A stretch of DNA of 64,000 nucleotides from a bacterium. GTDB lineage: Bacteria; RBG-13-61-14; DATKZS01. Both the position numbers and the translations under genes were made by a program. Each line of letters starts with the position of its first letter. The stretch's first letter is position 1. This document shows positions 20,416 to 31,232 of this stretch, piece by piece. The DNA is taken from positions 480,001-544,000 of the forward strand of contig CAXXFL010000007.1 in the NCBI GenBank assembly GCA_963674965.2, given 5' to 3'. The notes beneath the pieces were generated by a model. That model was not told where the DNA came from and did no database searches. It saw only the letters and a program-made list of their open reading frames with translations.

Positions 20416-23244
20416 TTATTCTTTCTCACCCCTGGCCGCCAGGGCATCGTACACGGCCTTGAAAAGCGTTTCCAGGTAGAAAGGTTTTCTGATGATGGTG
20501 GTGACGCCCATCTCGTCGAGTTCTTTTTGCTCGTGGATTTTGGTTTTTCCCGTCACGACCATGGGTATGGGCCGGAGGTGCTCGGGTAAAAGGTTCAGTT
20601 CGGCGAGGATTTCCACTCCCTGCATGTCCGGCATCTGGAGGTCGATGAGGGCGACGTCGTAGGTCGAGGTCATGAGTTTCCTTACCCCCTCCTTTCCGCG
20701 GAGGGCGACCTCGACCTGGTATCCCGCTCCTGAAAGGGCCCTTTCCATCATCTGGGCCACGTCGATCTCGTCGTCCACGATGAGTATCCTCGCTCCGACC
20801 ACGACCTCTCCAAAGGAAACCTTCCTGGTGATTACCTTGCCCGCGTCGGCCTGGATGGGTAGGTAGAAGGTCACCTCGGCCCCCCCGCCCCGGGGGCTGT
20901 CGGCCTCGATGTGTCCGCCGTGGTCCCTTATTATGGCCTGCGCCACCGACAGGCCCAAACCGGTCCCGGGTATGGTCGAGCCGCCAAGCGAGCCCTTAGT
21001 GGTATAGAAGGGATCGAAGATGCGCTTTATAGCGTCCGGCGCGATGCCCACCCCGCCGTCAATGACCTTCACGTAGGCCTTGTCCCCCTTCTTTCCCGTC
21101 TCCACGACGATGGTTTTATCGCCGCCAGCCTCGTTGACCGCGTCCCTGGCGTTGAGCATCAGCGCCATCAGCGCCTGTCCGATTCTTCCCGCGTCGAGTT
21201 TTACGAAAACGGGCGCCCCCTCGCTTCGGGCCGAGATTTTGATGCTCTCCTCCTCGAAGTCGCGCTTGACCAGGCCCACGTTCGTCTCCGCCAGTTCCGC
21301 CAAGTTTACGGACTCCTTGTGCAGTTTCTCCCTGCCCGAGAAGGCCTGAAGCTGCTGAGTAATATGGGAAGCTCTCCGGATGAGCTGCCTTATGGCCTGA
21401 AGGTCGTTAACGTCGCCCTCCTCCATTTGAGGCTGCCGGAGCAAAAGCTCGGCGTAACCCTGGATGGCGGCGTGGATATTGTTGAATTCGTGGGCGATGC
21501 CGCCGGCCAGCCGGCCGATGGCGGTCATTTTATCGGCGGCGTAAAGCTGCTCCTGAAGGCTCTTGGTTTCGGAAAGGTCGGAAATGAAAACCGTATAGCC
21601 GGAAAGTTTCCCATCCTCGTCCTTGACGGGACCCGCCGTTATCATGCTCTCGATGGTTTGGCCGCCTTTTTTCTTGAGCTTTATCTCCTCCTGCTCGACG
21701 GCGGCGGTCCTCTTTTTGAGGAATAGCTCCATCATAACCGGCCGCCAGTCGTCGTCGGCCAGGTCGAGAACGTTCGTTCCCGCCAACTCGCCTTTTTCGT
21801 ATCCCAGGATTTGATCGGCCCGTCCGTTGGAGAAAGTGATCTCTCCCTTGGCGTCCAGGGAGACTATTCCCTGGTAGGCCATTTCCACCAGGTCTCGATA
21901 TTTTCTCTCCGAGGCCTCCAGCATCTTCCGATACTGGACCTTGTCGGTCACGTCCCTGGCCACGATCTGGACCATGGGCGAGCCGCCCTCCGGGAAGATG
22001 CTCGAGAAGGAAGCCTCGACCGTGACCTCCTTGCCGCCGGCCGCGAGCAGAGCGAATTGAGCCTCGAGCGGGGCGCTCGAGTTCAGGGCCTCCCGGTGCA
22101 GATATCCCACCTTTTTTCTGGAGGAGGGGACCACGAAATCGAGAGCGTCCATGCCCATGGCCTTGCCTGGCCCCTCGAGGCCAAGCATTTTCAGGCAGGC
22201 GTCGTTAATGAAGAAAATCTTGCCCGCCTGGGTCCAGGCGACTCCCTCGGAGGAGTTCCTGAGGAAATCCATCACCACCCTGCCGGCGGAGGACAGGCTT
22301 TCCCTGTTCTTTTCTCTCTCCCTGGACAGTCTCATGACGTCAAGGACAAGGGAGAACCTTTTCGCCGCTTCTTCCATTATCCTTAAGTCATGGGCGTTAA
22401 AAGCTTTTTCATCCGCCCAGCGCACCGCGATCCCGCCCTGGATGAGAGGGCGTCCACCGCCATTGTCCACCTTGATGGGGACGGATATGGACGAGCCTTC
22501 TCCTGCCCCGTCCCGGACCAGAGCCGGATATAGCGACGCGTCGCTCATGGCGGCGTAAAAAACACCCTCGTCGGCCGGGACCTCGGGCCTGGAATCGCTC
22601 GAGATGACCTCGACCCGCGATTTCGAGTCTTCACCCGGACCCCGGATGGCGGTCAGACGAAGTCCATCTTTTTCCGGGTCCTCGATCCAAAGTCGGCCGC
22701 CGTCGGCGCCAAGGGTCTCCGTCAGCAGGGAGAGCGAGCGTCCGGCAAAGGATATGAGCCCGGCGGACTCGGCCTCCTCGCGGCTGATATGGGCGAGGGC
22801 CCGCATGGCCCTGGCAAGTTTCTCGCCGTCGGCGGACTCGCTGATCGAGATAACGCCGCCGTAACAGGCGCCCTCCGAGTCCTTGATGGGCGTAAATGAA
22901 AGACGTAAAAGGTTTTTATTCTCGCTTCGAAAGGTCAAACAGGAAAGGTCCGCCTCGTCGGCTCCGCTCCGGATGGCCTCGGAGATGGCCTTTCCCGAGG
23001 GGCCTAATCCGTCGGAGAGGGCGGGATCGGAAACCATAAGGCCCATGGCCTCCTCGCGGCCTATCCCCGTCAGCCTCTCGGCGGTCCGGTTCCAGGACAC
23101 GATGACGCCGTCCGCGTCGACCACGGCCACGCCGTGAGCGGGGGCCTTGGTCTCGGGCGCATCCTCCAAGGTCGCGTCCCCGGCTTTATGAGAGTTCTTC
23201 ATTTGGGCCCGTCCGTTCCGCAATTTCTCGCCTTCTTTCCTCAC
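20416..23244 (-). CDS. Hybrid PAS/GAF sensor histidine kinase with a C-terminal receiver
   Basis: GIAHEFNN, FDPFYTTK, GTGLGLS; ILIVDDE and DLQMPD receiver; start uncertain. Confidence 0.92.
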   Translation of the reverse strand: MRKEGEKLRNGRAQMKNSHKAGDATLEDAPETKAPAHGVAVVDADGVIVSWNRTAERLTGIGREEAMGLMVSDPALSDGLGPSGKAISEAIRSGADEADLSCLTFRSENKNLLRLSFTPIKDSEGACYGGVISISESADGEKLARAMRALAHISREEAESAGLISFAGRSLSLLTETLGADGGRLWIEDPEKDGLRLTAIRGPGEDSKSRVEVISSDSRPEVPADEGVFYAAMSDASLYPALVRDGAGEGSSISVPIKVDNGGGRPLIQGGIAVRWADEKAFNAHDLRIMEEAAKRFSLVLDVMRLSREREKNRESLSSAGRVVMDFLRNSSEGVAWTQAGKIFFINDACLKMLGLEGPGKAMGMDALDFVVPSSRKKVGYLHREALNSSAPLEAQFALLAAGGKEVTVEASFSSIFPEGGSPMVQIVARDVTDKVQYRKMLEASERKYRDLVEMAYQGIVSLDAKGEITFSNGRADQILGYEKGELAGTNVLDLADDDWRPVMMELFLKKRTAAVEQEEIKLKKKGGQTIESMITAGPVKDEDGKLSGYTVFISDLSETKSLQEQLYAADKMTAIGRLAGGIAHEFNNIHAAIQGYAELLLRQPQMEEGDVNDLQAIRQLIRRASHITQQLQAFSGREKLHKESVNLAELAETNVGLVKRDFEEESIKISARSEGAPVFVKLDAGRIGQALMALMLNARDAVNEAGGDKTIVVETGKKGDKAYVKVIDGGVGIAPDAIKRIFDPFYTTKGSLGGSTIPGTGLGLSVAQAIIRDHGGHIEADSPRGGGAEVTFYLPIQADAGKVITRKVSFGEVVVGARILIVDDEIDVAQMMERALSGAGYQVEVALRGKEGVRKLMTSTYDVALIDLQMPDMQGVEILAELNLLPEHLRPIPMVVTGKTKIHEQKELDEMGVTTIIRKPFYLETLFKAVYDALAARGEKE

Positions 23245-23512
23245 GGGAGAAAGTCGTAAGAATGTTCTCCGCTTTCAACTGTTTCCAACCGAAACCGCTT
23301 TTTGCCGATAAGACCGAGGATAGACGGTCAACCGCCCCGCCGCCATCCTCGCCCCCTACGGCCGGCAAAGGGACTTTTATCCGCCGAGCCGGGTTACGCG
23401 TTTTCGACGCTTATCCATTATATAACCCTTTGGCCGGAAAATAAACCAAACGACATATCAGTGAGCTTGAAGCGATAATATTGGACGGCCGCCTCGGCGC
23501 GGCGCGGCGGCT

Positions 23513-24898
23513 TCAAGCCTCCGCGGCCTTGCTTTTAAAGGACCTCCGGGGAGGTATGCCGTGCTTTTTCATTTTTCTGTACAGGGTGCTTAAGCCAACG
23601 TCAAGGGTCTTGGCCGCGGCTTCCACGTCCTGGCCGGCTGACGAGAGGGCCCTCTCGATGGCCAGCTTCTCGTAGGCGTCGAAGGAAATTGGAAGCTCGG
23701 AAGGGGCCCCGTCCTGAGATTTCCGACTCGAGGGCACGGGCAAATCGTCCGGGCCTATCTCGAAAGAGTCGTTCAAGGCCAGGACCTGCTCGATCATGTT
23801 CTGCAACTCCCGCACGTTGCCCGGCCAGGCATGGTCCATGAGCCGGCCCAGGGCCTCGGGTTTGAACCGGTGCTCCTTGCCCGCCCGCTGCCGGTACTCC
23901 TCGAGGAAGTGGTCCACCAGGAGGGGGATATCCTCGAGGCGCTCCCGCAGGGGCGGTATCTCGAGGTTGACCACGTTGAGCCGGTAAAACAAGTCCTCCC
24001 TGAACTCGCCCTTTTTGACGCTGTCCTTAAGGGACCGGTGAGAGGCCGCGATCACCCTCACGTCCACCGCTACCGTACGGGGAGCGCCCAGGGGCCTGAC
24101 CTCCCTCTCCTGCAGCGCCCGGAGGAGTTTCGACTGCACGTGAATGGGAAGCTCGCCTATCTCGTCAAGGAAAAGAGTGCCGCCGTCCGCCTCGCGGAAC
24201 AGGCCCTTTACGTCTCTGTAGGCCCCGGTAAAGGCGCCCTTGACGTGCCCGAAAAGCTCGGCCTCGATAAGGGTTTCGGGAAGAGAGCCGCAGTCCACGG
24301 GCACGAACTTCTGAAGCCGGCGCGGACTGTTATAGTGAATGGCCTGAGCCAGAAGCTCCTTGCCGGTGCCGGACTCGCCGTGGATAAGGACGGTGGCCTC
24401 ATTGTCGGCCAACTGCCGGATAACGCGATATATCCTTTGCATGGCGGGGGACTTGCCCACCAGTTTGTCCATTTTGTAGCGGGAGGTCAGGGCCCTTTTC
24501 AGGTCCCAGTTCTCGCGCAGGACCCTCCTTTGTTCCAGGGCTTTCTCCGAGGTGATACGGATAAGGTCCACGTGCTCGAGAGGTTTTCTAAGGAAATCGA
24601 AAGCACCGGCCTTGATAGCCTCGACCGCTCTCTCGATGGTACCGTGCCCGCTGATGATGACCACGGGAAGGTCGGGAGAGTTCTTCTTGATGGTGTAAAG
24701 GAGTTCCATGCCGTTTCCGTCGGGCAAAAAAAGGTCGAGAAAAACCATGTCCACCGGCTGCTTGACCAGGAATTCCTTGCCTTCCTCGATAGTTCCCGCC
24801 GCCAGGACGTTTATTCCCTCCGCGCGCAGGACCCTTTCGAAAAGACTGCATATTGCCGCGTTATCGTCGACTATCAGTATGGTCGAGCCTTCCATCAT
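23513..24898 (-). CDS. NtrC-family sigma-54-dependent response regulator
   Basis: Receiver domain, GESGTGKE, GAFTGA, WPGNVREL and Fis-type HTH. Confidence 0.96.
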   Translation of the reverse strand: MMEGSTILIVDDNAAICSLFERVLRAEGINVLAAGTIEEGKEFLVKQPVDMVFLDLFLPDGNGMELLYTIKKNSPDLPVVIISGHGTIERAVEAIKAGAFDFLRKPLEHVDLIRITSEKALEQRRVLRENWDLKRALTSRYKMDKLVGKSPAMQRIYRVIRQLADNEATVLIHGESGTGKELLAQAIHYNSPRRLQKFVPVDCGSLPETLIEAELFGHVKGAFTGAYRDVKGLFREADGGTLFLDEIGELPIHVQSKLLRALQEREVRPLGAPRTVAVDVRVIAASHRSLKDSVKKGEFREDLFYRLNVVNLEIPPLRERLEDIPLLVDHFLEEYRQRAGKEHRFKPEALGRLMDHAWPGNVRELQNMIEQVLALNDSFEIGPDDLPVPSSRKSQDGAPSELPISFDAYEKLAIERALSSAGQDVEAAAKTLDVGLSTLYRKMKKHGIPPRRSFKSKAAEA

Positions 24899-25088
24899 GG
24901 CCGTTTCCTCTCTTGCAATGCTGAATAAAGGGGCCTTGTCAATCCAATCGTTTGTCCCGTTAAATCAATCCCTTAGAAAATTTTTTCCCTTCGCGCCAAT
25001 TATGGGGCCACGATCGAAAAATTGGCCGATCATTCTTAATAGCACAATTTCCAAAGCTGGTATTAAGTTCGAAGACGATAATCTCCTC

Positions 25089-25688
25089 TTAGTCCGCTTC
25101 TTTTTTCTTCATGGCCAGTTTGATATATTCCTCTACGATTTTATATAGTTCCGTAATCTGTATGTTTTTATCCAGGCACTCGACCGCTCCGGCTCTCATC
25201 ATTTCGTCGCGGATTTCCTCATCCGCTCTTCCAGTTAGGCCGATGACGATTACTTCCGCGGTAGATGGGCGGCTTTTTATGGTTTTGCATAGCTCGATCC
25301 CATCGATTCCCGGCATTACTATATCAAGGAGCATGAGAACCGGCTTGTCCTCCCCCGCTATGAGAAGGGCTTCCATGCCGCTGGTGGTTGTCTCGACCCG
25401 GTAATTGGTCGCCTGCTGGAACCATCTTTTCAAAGCCCTGAGATATGGTTCCTCGTCGTCGACGATAAGAATATATGGTTTGCTCGAGGGATCGAGCTCG
25501 GGAGGAATGGGCATCTCATACTTGACCAGAAAATCGATAAGGTCACCCTCGAGAATACGCCTGTGACCCCCGGGAGTTTTATACGCCTTGAGACGTCCCG
25601 CCCTGACCCAGTTGTTGACCGTGGTGTAGTTGACGCCCAAAAGCTTTCCGATTTCCGTGGTGGTATATTTTTTTGCTTCATTGGCCAT
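25089..25688 (-). CDS. Response regulator with an N-terminal excisionase-like HTH
   Basis: YTTTEIGK..AYKTPGGHRRI followed by a receiver (LIVDDE, LLDIVMPG). Confidence 0.9.
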   Translation of the reverse strand: MANEAKKYTTTEIGKLLGVNYTTVNNWVRAGRLKAYKTPGGHRRILEGDLIDFLVKYEMPIPPELDPSSKPYILIVDDEEPYLRALKRWFQQATNYRVETTTSGMEALLIAGEDKPVLMLLDIVMPGIDGIELCKTIKSRPSTAEVIVIGLTGRADEEIRDEMMRAGAVECLDKNIQITELYKIVEEYIKLAMKKKEAD

Positions 25689-26069
25689 GTTTTTTCCAAC
25701 CCGTTAATGTTCGTGTTTTTTTCATGCAACTATAGTGCCCTAATTGCCATTATTGAAAATACTCGATTTTTCAATCTTCATTATTGAAAAAGCAATCCGA
25801 TTTATTCCCAAATATTATAATTTCCAGTTTCAATTTGCAAATATGGGAAATGGAACGTCGAATCCATCGAGTCAAGCCCAGGAGAGCGGATAGCTTCAAA
25901 TTTCTCCTCTTTCCCTTCACCGGAAAGGATTTTAACTCCCTTGGGATCGATTGCACATCCGGGTTATTTGCCCCATAATGTTACGTCACGCCCGAAAAAG
26001 AAATTATGACTTATGGGGCGCGGATTGTTTTTCTCTAGGAATAAAAGATACGTGGACGAGGAGTAATAA

Positions 26070-27758
26070 ATGAAGTTAGTAATCGTTGGTGGAGTAGCCG
26101 GCGGCGCCAGCGCCGCGGCCCGGGCCCGGCGTCTTAGCGAGGACGCCCACATAATTTTGATCGAGAGGGGCGAGCACGTTTCTTTCGCCAATTGCGGCTT
26201 GCCTTATTATATAGGAGGGGAGATCGAGGAAAAGGACGATCTTCTCGTAAGCACTCCGGAGAAATTAAGGGACAGGTTTCGCATCGACGTGAGGGTTATG
26301 CAGGAAGTGGTTTCCATCGACCTTCTTTCATCCAGCGTCCGCATACGCGACATATCGGGGGGACAAATTTACGACGAAAGTTATGACCGGCTGATTCTGG
26401 CTCCTGGCGCAAGTCCAATTCGTCCTCCTTTTCCCGGCGCCGACCTTGAGGGGGTCCACGTTTTAAGGACCGTGCCGGACTCGGAGAAGATAAAGGAGCG
26501 GGTGGCCCGGGACCGCGTGAAAAGCGCGGTGGTCATAGGCGGCGGCTTCATCGGCCTGGAGATGGCCGAGAACCTGGCCAGGGCGGGCGTCAAGGTCAGC
26601 ATCGTCGAGATGGTCGACCAGGTCATGGCTCCTCTCGACTTCGAGATGGCCTCCCAGATACATGAGCACCTGATGGAAAAGGGGGTTTCGCTCAGGCTGA
26701 GGGACGGCGTAAAGTCGTGCCGCAAGGACGGCGGGTCCCTGGTGGTCGAGACCAACTCGGGTTGCGAGCTCGAGTGCGACATGGTCATCCTTTCCATAGG
26801 GGTCAGGCCGGAGATAGACCTGGCCAGGGCCGCCGGCCTCGAGATAGGATCGAGGGGAGGAATAAAAACCGATCAGACCATGCGGACCTCCGACCCGAGG
26901 GTGTTCGCCGTGGGCGACGCCGTCGAGGTAAGGGACTTCGTTTCGGGCCTGGACGCCCTCATACCCCTGGCCGGTCCGGCCAATCGCCAGGGCCGGGTGG
27001 CGGCCGACAACGCCCTTGGCCGGGCCTCCATGTTCAAGGGGGTGCAGGGCACCAGCGTGGTAAAAATTTTCGAGCTTACGGCCGGGGCGACGGGAATCAA
27101 CGAGAAGCGCCTGAAGTCCATCGGCAGGCCATACCTGGCGTCGTTCATCCATTCCAACCACCACGTAAGCTATTATCCCGGAGCCGAAAGGATGGCGATC
27201 AAGCTCCTTTTCGACCCCGGCGACGGCCGTATCCTCGGGGCCCAGGCCATCGGGAAAAAGGGAGTGGATAAAAGGATCGACGTTCTGGCCACGGCCATCA
27301 GGGCCGGCCTGACCGTGTTCGACCTGGAGGAACTCGAGCTGGCCTACGCTCCTCCCTTCGGGGCGGCCAAGGACCCGATAAACGTCGCGGGCATGGCGGC
27401 GGCCAACGCGCTGAAAAGGGACATGGAGACGATTCATTGGGACGAGATAGCCGGAATGGGCGAGGACTCCCACGTGCTTATCGACCTGCGCGATCCGGAC
27501 GAGCTCGAGGACTCTCCCCCTTTGCCCGGCTCGGTCAATATCCCGCTTAACGACCTCCGGTCAAGGTTGCCCGAGCTTGACAAGGAAAAGACCTATGTCC
27601 TGTACTGCGCCATCGGCCAGAGAGGATACTACGGCTACAGGATCATGGCGATGAACGGATTCAAGGCCAGGAACCTGAGCGGCGGCATGGCCACCAGCGC
27701 TCCGGCCCTCAAGCAAAAGGAATGGATCAACCGGGGCTGCCGGGTCAAGGAAGACTGA
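26070..27758 (+). CDS. CoA-disulfide reductase-rhodanese fusion (persulfide reductase-like)
   Basis: GGVAGG, SFANCGLPY, LAYAPPF; C-terminal rhodanese YCAIGQRG. Confidence 0.93.
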   Translation: MKLVIVGGVAGGASAAARARRLSEDAHIILIERGEHVSFANCGLPYYIGGEIEEKDDLLVSTPEKLRDRFRIDVRVMQEVVSIDLLSSSVRIRDISGGQIYDESYDRLILAPGASPIRPPFPGADLEGVHVLRTVPDSEKIKERVARDRVKSAVVIGGGFIGLEMAENLARAGVKVSIVEMVDQVMAPLDFEMASQIHEHLMEKGVSLRLRDGVKSCRKDGGSLVVETNSGCELECDMVILSIGVRPEIDLARAAGLEIGSRGGIKTDQTMRTSDPRVFAVGDAVEVRDFVSGLDALIPLAGPANRQGRVAADNALGRASMFKGVQGTSVVKIFELTAGATGINEKRLKSIGRPYLASFIHSNHHVSYYPGAERMAIKLLFDPGDGRILGAQAIGKKGVDKRIDVLATAIRAGLTVFDLEELELAYAPPFGAAKDPINVAGMAAANALKRDMETIHWDEIAGMGEDSHVLIDLRDPDELEDSPPLPGSVNIPLNDLRSRLPELDKEKTYVLYCAIGQRGYYGYRIMAMNGFKARNLSGGMATSAPALKQKEWINRGCRVKED

Positions 27759-27800
27759 AGTTATAAGGGAAAGGGCGGTCACGGCCGCCCGCCCGCTTCA

Positions 27801-28727
27801 TTAATCCGCGTCGTTCCTCGAGGCGAGACCCTCCAGTATGGCTTTGATCTCGGGGTCGTCGCCAAGGGAGGACTCGAACCTGGCTAGTCCCATCGAGACG
27901 GCGGGTTTCTTTACTCCCATCGCGCGGGCCACGGCCGAGGCCTCGAAGCCGGCCATCTCCACCAGGTAATGATAAGCGGCCAGCCGGGGCGTGAAAGATC
28001 TTCTTCTGCGCAATAAGTCCCGCGTTTGTACGCCGAAAGCGTCGGCCAGCGCCTCGATTTCCTCCATCAGTTTTCCGCCCTCATTGGCGTCGTTCGTCGC
28101 GATGGGATCGCTCGACGTGGAGGCCGGCCCGGATTTTCTCACGCGAGCCAATATCTTTCTCCAATGTTTCTCGTCCGCCCCCGCCAGGTCCTGGGCCATG
28201 GCGTTATAGGCCCTTCTTCTGGCCAGGTTATCGCCGTCAATATGCCGCATGACCTCGCGGTGGCCCAGCCATTCGCGCCTGGGCTCGGCGAAGGAATAGT
28301 CCCTGAAGCTCGACCACTCGTAATGAGCGGGCAAGGCTACAAGTCCTCGCCTCGTGGGCAGAAGGTGGATGAGAAGGGAAAGATCGATCCACCCGTCTTT
28401 GTCTCCCGCGGGGACGGAGACGAACCTGTCGCGGAAAAGGCCTCCGGACCTGCCCCTCGAGGCGTTTACGTCCTTGGTATAGGACGCGTTCAGCCAGCGC
28501 ATGAAACCGCCCAGGTTGGCGCGGGCGGCGGTGATGAACAAATGGTACTCGTCATCAAGCAGGCAAAAGGCCCGGATCGTGACTTGGAACCTTTTCGTGG
28601 CGCGGCCGAGAAGGCCGAGAAAACGACCCCTCTCGGCGTCGTCGAGAAACACGAGGTCGCCGGAGACTCCGCGGGCCCTTATATAATAAGAGGCCCCGGC
28701 GCGGCATTGGCGGGCGCTTCTGACCAT
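27801..28727 (-). CDS. Y1/RAYT-like transposase homologue with degenerate catalytic motifs and a C-terminal helical domain
   Basis: RSGGLFRDRFVS and YEWSSF are RAYT-like; HUH site reads DDEYHL; Tyr motif reads LIHLLP. Confidence 0.75.
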   Translation of the reverse strand: MVRSARQCRAGASYYIRARGVSGDLVFLDDAERGRFLGLLGRATKRFQVTIRAFCLLDDEYHLFITAARANLGGFMRWLNASYTKDVNASRGRSGGLFRDRFVSVPAGDKDGWIDLSLLIHLLPTRRGLVALPAHYEWSSFRDYSFAEPRREWLGHREVMRHIDGDNLARRRAYNAMAQDLAGADEKHWRKILARVRKSGPASTSSDPIATNDANEGGKLMEEIEALADAFGVQTRDLLRRRRSFTPRLAAYHYLVEMAGFEASAVARAMGVKKPAVSMGLARFESSLGDDPEIKAILEGLASRNDAD

Positions 28728-28751
28728 GGTCCCATTTTAACCAATGGGGAT

Positions 28752-29261
28752 TCAATCTTCAAAATTTTTCTTACCTCTTTGCTCGCGATTTTCAGGTTTT
28801 TCCCATCGCGAGTTCCTTAAAAGAAGAACGGCCGACGCGGCCAGAGTCAACGATATAAGGGCGGGGTAGCTGGTATAGTTGACAAGATAAAGGGCGAAGT
28901 CGGCCTCGGACAAGGGATACAGAAGCCGCAAGGGCCAGTCGCAAAACAGGTCCATGCCCAGATGAACGGCGACGCAAAGGAAGGACAAGGAAAATAGGTA
29001 TAAATACCTCGACCTGATAATGAGCCATCCCGCGAAAGCAGAAAGCGCGGCCAGGAAAGGGGCGGAGAAAATCGAGTGAGTAAAGACCCGGTGATAGCGC
29101 CGGTATAGCTCGAGGTCCACCGGCCACAGCCAAACGTCGGCCACGTCCAGGATGGCCGAGGCGAAGACGCACGCCGTCATGGCCCCCGCGAGGAACTCGC
29201 GCTTTCTCGAGGCCGAGGCCCCGATGAGCGCGCCGCTCATGGCGTGAGTTATGACGTCCAT
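28752..29261 (-). CDS. Membrane metal-dependent hydrolase (YdjM-like)
   Basis: MDVITH, LDVAD, HRVFTHS and HLGMD motifs. Confidence 0.85.
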   Translation of the reverse strand: MDVITHAMSGALIGASASRKREFLAGAMTACVFASAILDVADVWLWPVDLELYRRYHRVFTHSIFSAPFLAALSAFAGWLIIRSRYLYLFSLSFLCVAVHLGMDLFCDWPLRLLYPLSEADFALYLVNYTSYPALISLTLAASAVLLLRNSRWEKPENREQRGKKNFED

Positions 29262-29487
29262 TTTGCCCCGGCCTTTGAGGAATACATTGTCTCAGTGTAG
29301 CTCGCTGGGTTGCAAGGATGCAAGAAACGGAACTTCCCCCAATTTTATCCGTTTCACTCCTGGTTTAATTATTATCCGCAAAGTTATCCGCCGCTCGAAG
29401 TGAAAATCAACCGTCGCCTACTCGAGCGTCCGGTCGCCGACGCCCCTGAAAAGGACGCGGTCGCCTCCCCCCGAAGGGGGGAAATTC

Positions 29488-29660
29488 GAGTAGCCGTAGG
29501 CCTTGGCCTACGGTAAGGATTTGGTAAAATATTCTTCGGCCCTGAACGGGCCGGACCCGCGGCGACCTGGATTGTCGACGCCCGTCAAGGTACGCCCCCC
29601 GCGGGAGCGGGGAAGAAATTTTCGGCCACGCCTCCCGTAGGCTGGCGCCTGCGGCTACTC
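29488..29660. repeat. Inverted pair of GTAG-type REP palindromes (REPIN-like)
   Basis: GAGTAGCCGTAGG-CCTTGG-CCTACGG (29488-29513) and the inverted copy CCGTAGG-CTGGCG-CCTGCGGCTACTC (29635-29660), with more hairpins between and around them. Confidence 0.7.
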
Positions 29661-29991
29661 ATGTCAAAGCCCTTCGGGCTTATCCCTCGATTTGTTTGCA
29701 GATCGCCTCGATCGGTGCATCTTAAGTTTTGCAAAATGGGGGAAATCCACCGCAAGAAAGCAATGGTCAGGGCTGGAGCACGAACTGCCTGAGCATCTTG
29801 ATTTTTTCCGGTCCTTGAAAAACGGGCCATACCAGGCTGCGGTTGAACATCTCCTGGGTGGTTATCCTGAGGCCGAGGAAATTATCGACGTCCTCTCGCG
29901 ACATGAACAGGACCACGGCCTCGAGGTCCTCGTCCGCCGAGAGGTCATTCAGGCCGGGCCGGCAATGGACGAAGATAATCATGGCCCCTAA

Positions 29992-30300
29992 CACTTCGGG
30001 GTCGTTCATTCTTTTGAAAAGCGGATCGAAAAGATCAAGGAGAAGGTCGCCGCGACGGGCGCGATGCGTCCGGGATCGTTAACCATGCAGAAGCGAGGAG
30101 CCGCAAAGACTTACCATCAACTCAGCTACACTCACCGGGGCAAAGGGCGGACCGAATATATTCGCCCGGAATTCGCGCGGGAGATCAAAGCGCAGAACGC
30201 GGCCTATCGACGTTTCAAGAAGCTAATTGACGAGTGGGTGGACCTGGAAATCGAGCGTTCGAAAATCAAGATGAAAATTGAAAAGAGCAAAGAAGGTTGA
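29992..30300 (+). pseudogene. DUF6788-like IS-associated small protein, 5'-truncated
   Basis: EKRIEKIKEKVAATGAMRPGSL..YHQLSYT..GK..TEYIR pattern; the homologous part upstream of ATG 30064 has no start codon. Confidence 0.55.
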
Positions 30301-30417
30301 GAGGGTTAGAAGTCGGTACTCTCAAGTACTTAATTTCTGAAAATCAACTGGGTTCTTCGACGATTCATATTGATGGAATATTCATAAACGCCTCTCTAGC
30401 CGTAAATAAAGGCGAGA

Positions 30418-30439
30418 TAAGTATGCTGTCCCCAGATCT
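30418..30439 (-). repeat. GGGGACA junction motif, copy 1
   Basis: Minus strand AGATCTGGGGACAGCATACTTA. Confidence 0.75.
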
Positions 30440-30494
30440 CCTAAGAATGACCGGCTCGCTATGCTCGCCCACATGAGCGATGAGTTACCTGTTA

Positions 30495-31121
30495 CTACTG
30501 ACAGAATATGTCAAAAAGAAAAATGTCGCAATCATTCTTCTTTTCAAGAAAGCATCCTAATTTCATTTCACGACCTTCTATATACTTATTATATTGACGT
30601 GAATGAGTTTTTAGAAACGTATAAATTTTTATAGCTTCCTCCGGGTTTTTGCGCGTAAGGGAATGGGCGAGTATCATCAGCTTAATCGTCGAAACTTTGT
30701 CTAACTCAGTGCCACACTCTTTCAGCTTATTTATAGTATGTTGTATTTCAATGTCGTCATTTTTTAGTTGCCTGTAGAAATGTCTAATGGATTTGTTACA
30801 GCTGCAATACGCGCAAAACTCACAAGAATCATCCGCCACGGCGTTGCATGGAACAACAAACGATGTCGCATGAGCGGCTTGATTATATTGCATTATATAT
30901 ATTCCCGTTAATACATCTTGACAGTACTCATAAGAAAATAAACTATCTCCGGAAACTTCACCGCAAAAATGTTCCGTTGGATCTAGATAAATTGTGCCTT
31001 GCTCTTGTGATGGATCGTTTCCTGTTTCAGCCCCATCTTTTTTGCAAGCGTCAAAATATACTTGAATTGTGATTATTGTTATAAGAATAACAGTCCACCT
31101 AAGTACATTATACCTCATCAT
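30495..31121 (-). CDS. AT-rich, Cys-rich exported orphan protein (candidate immunity protein)
   Basis: N-terminal hydrophobic segment; low GC; bounded by junction motifs. Confidence 0.65.
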   Translation of the reverse strand: MMRYNVLRWTVILITIITIQVYFDACKKDGAETGNDPSQEQGTIYLDPTEHFCGEVSGDSLFSYEYCQDVLTGIYIMQYNQAAHATSFVVPCNAVADDSCEFCAYCSCNKSIRHFYRQLKNDDIEIQHTINKLKECGTELDKVSTIKLMILAHSLTRKNPEEAIKIYTFLKTHSRQYNKYIEGREMKLGCFLEKKNDCDIFLFDIFCQ

Positions 31122-31232
31122 CTCAGCCCCCTCGGGATATTGCCAGACACATTCACTCGAGATTAATATTCAGTTTCTGGAAAAAACCGCCTGTATCACC
31201 GAACAACCAATCTCCCTTATACCAGTAATTAA

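Noticed and set aside
29692-30009. Short ORFs on both strands
   Set aside because: No family was recognised and I could not tell which strand, if either, is coding.
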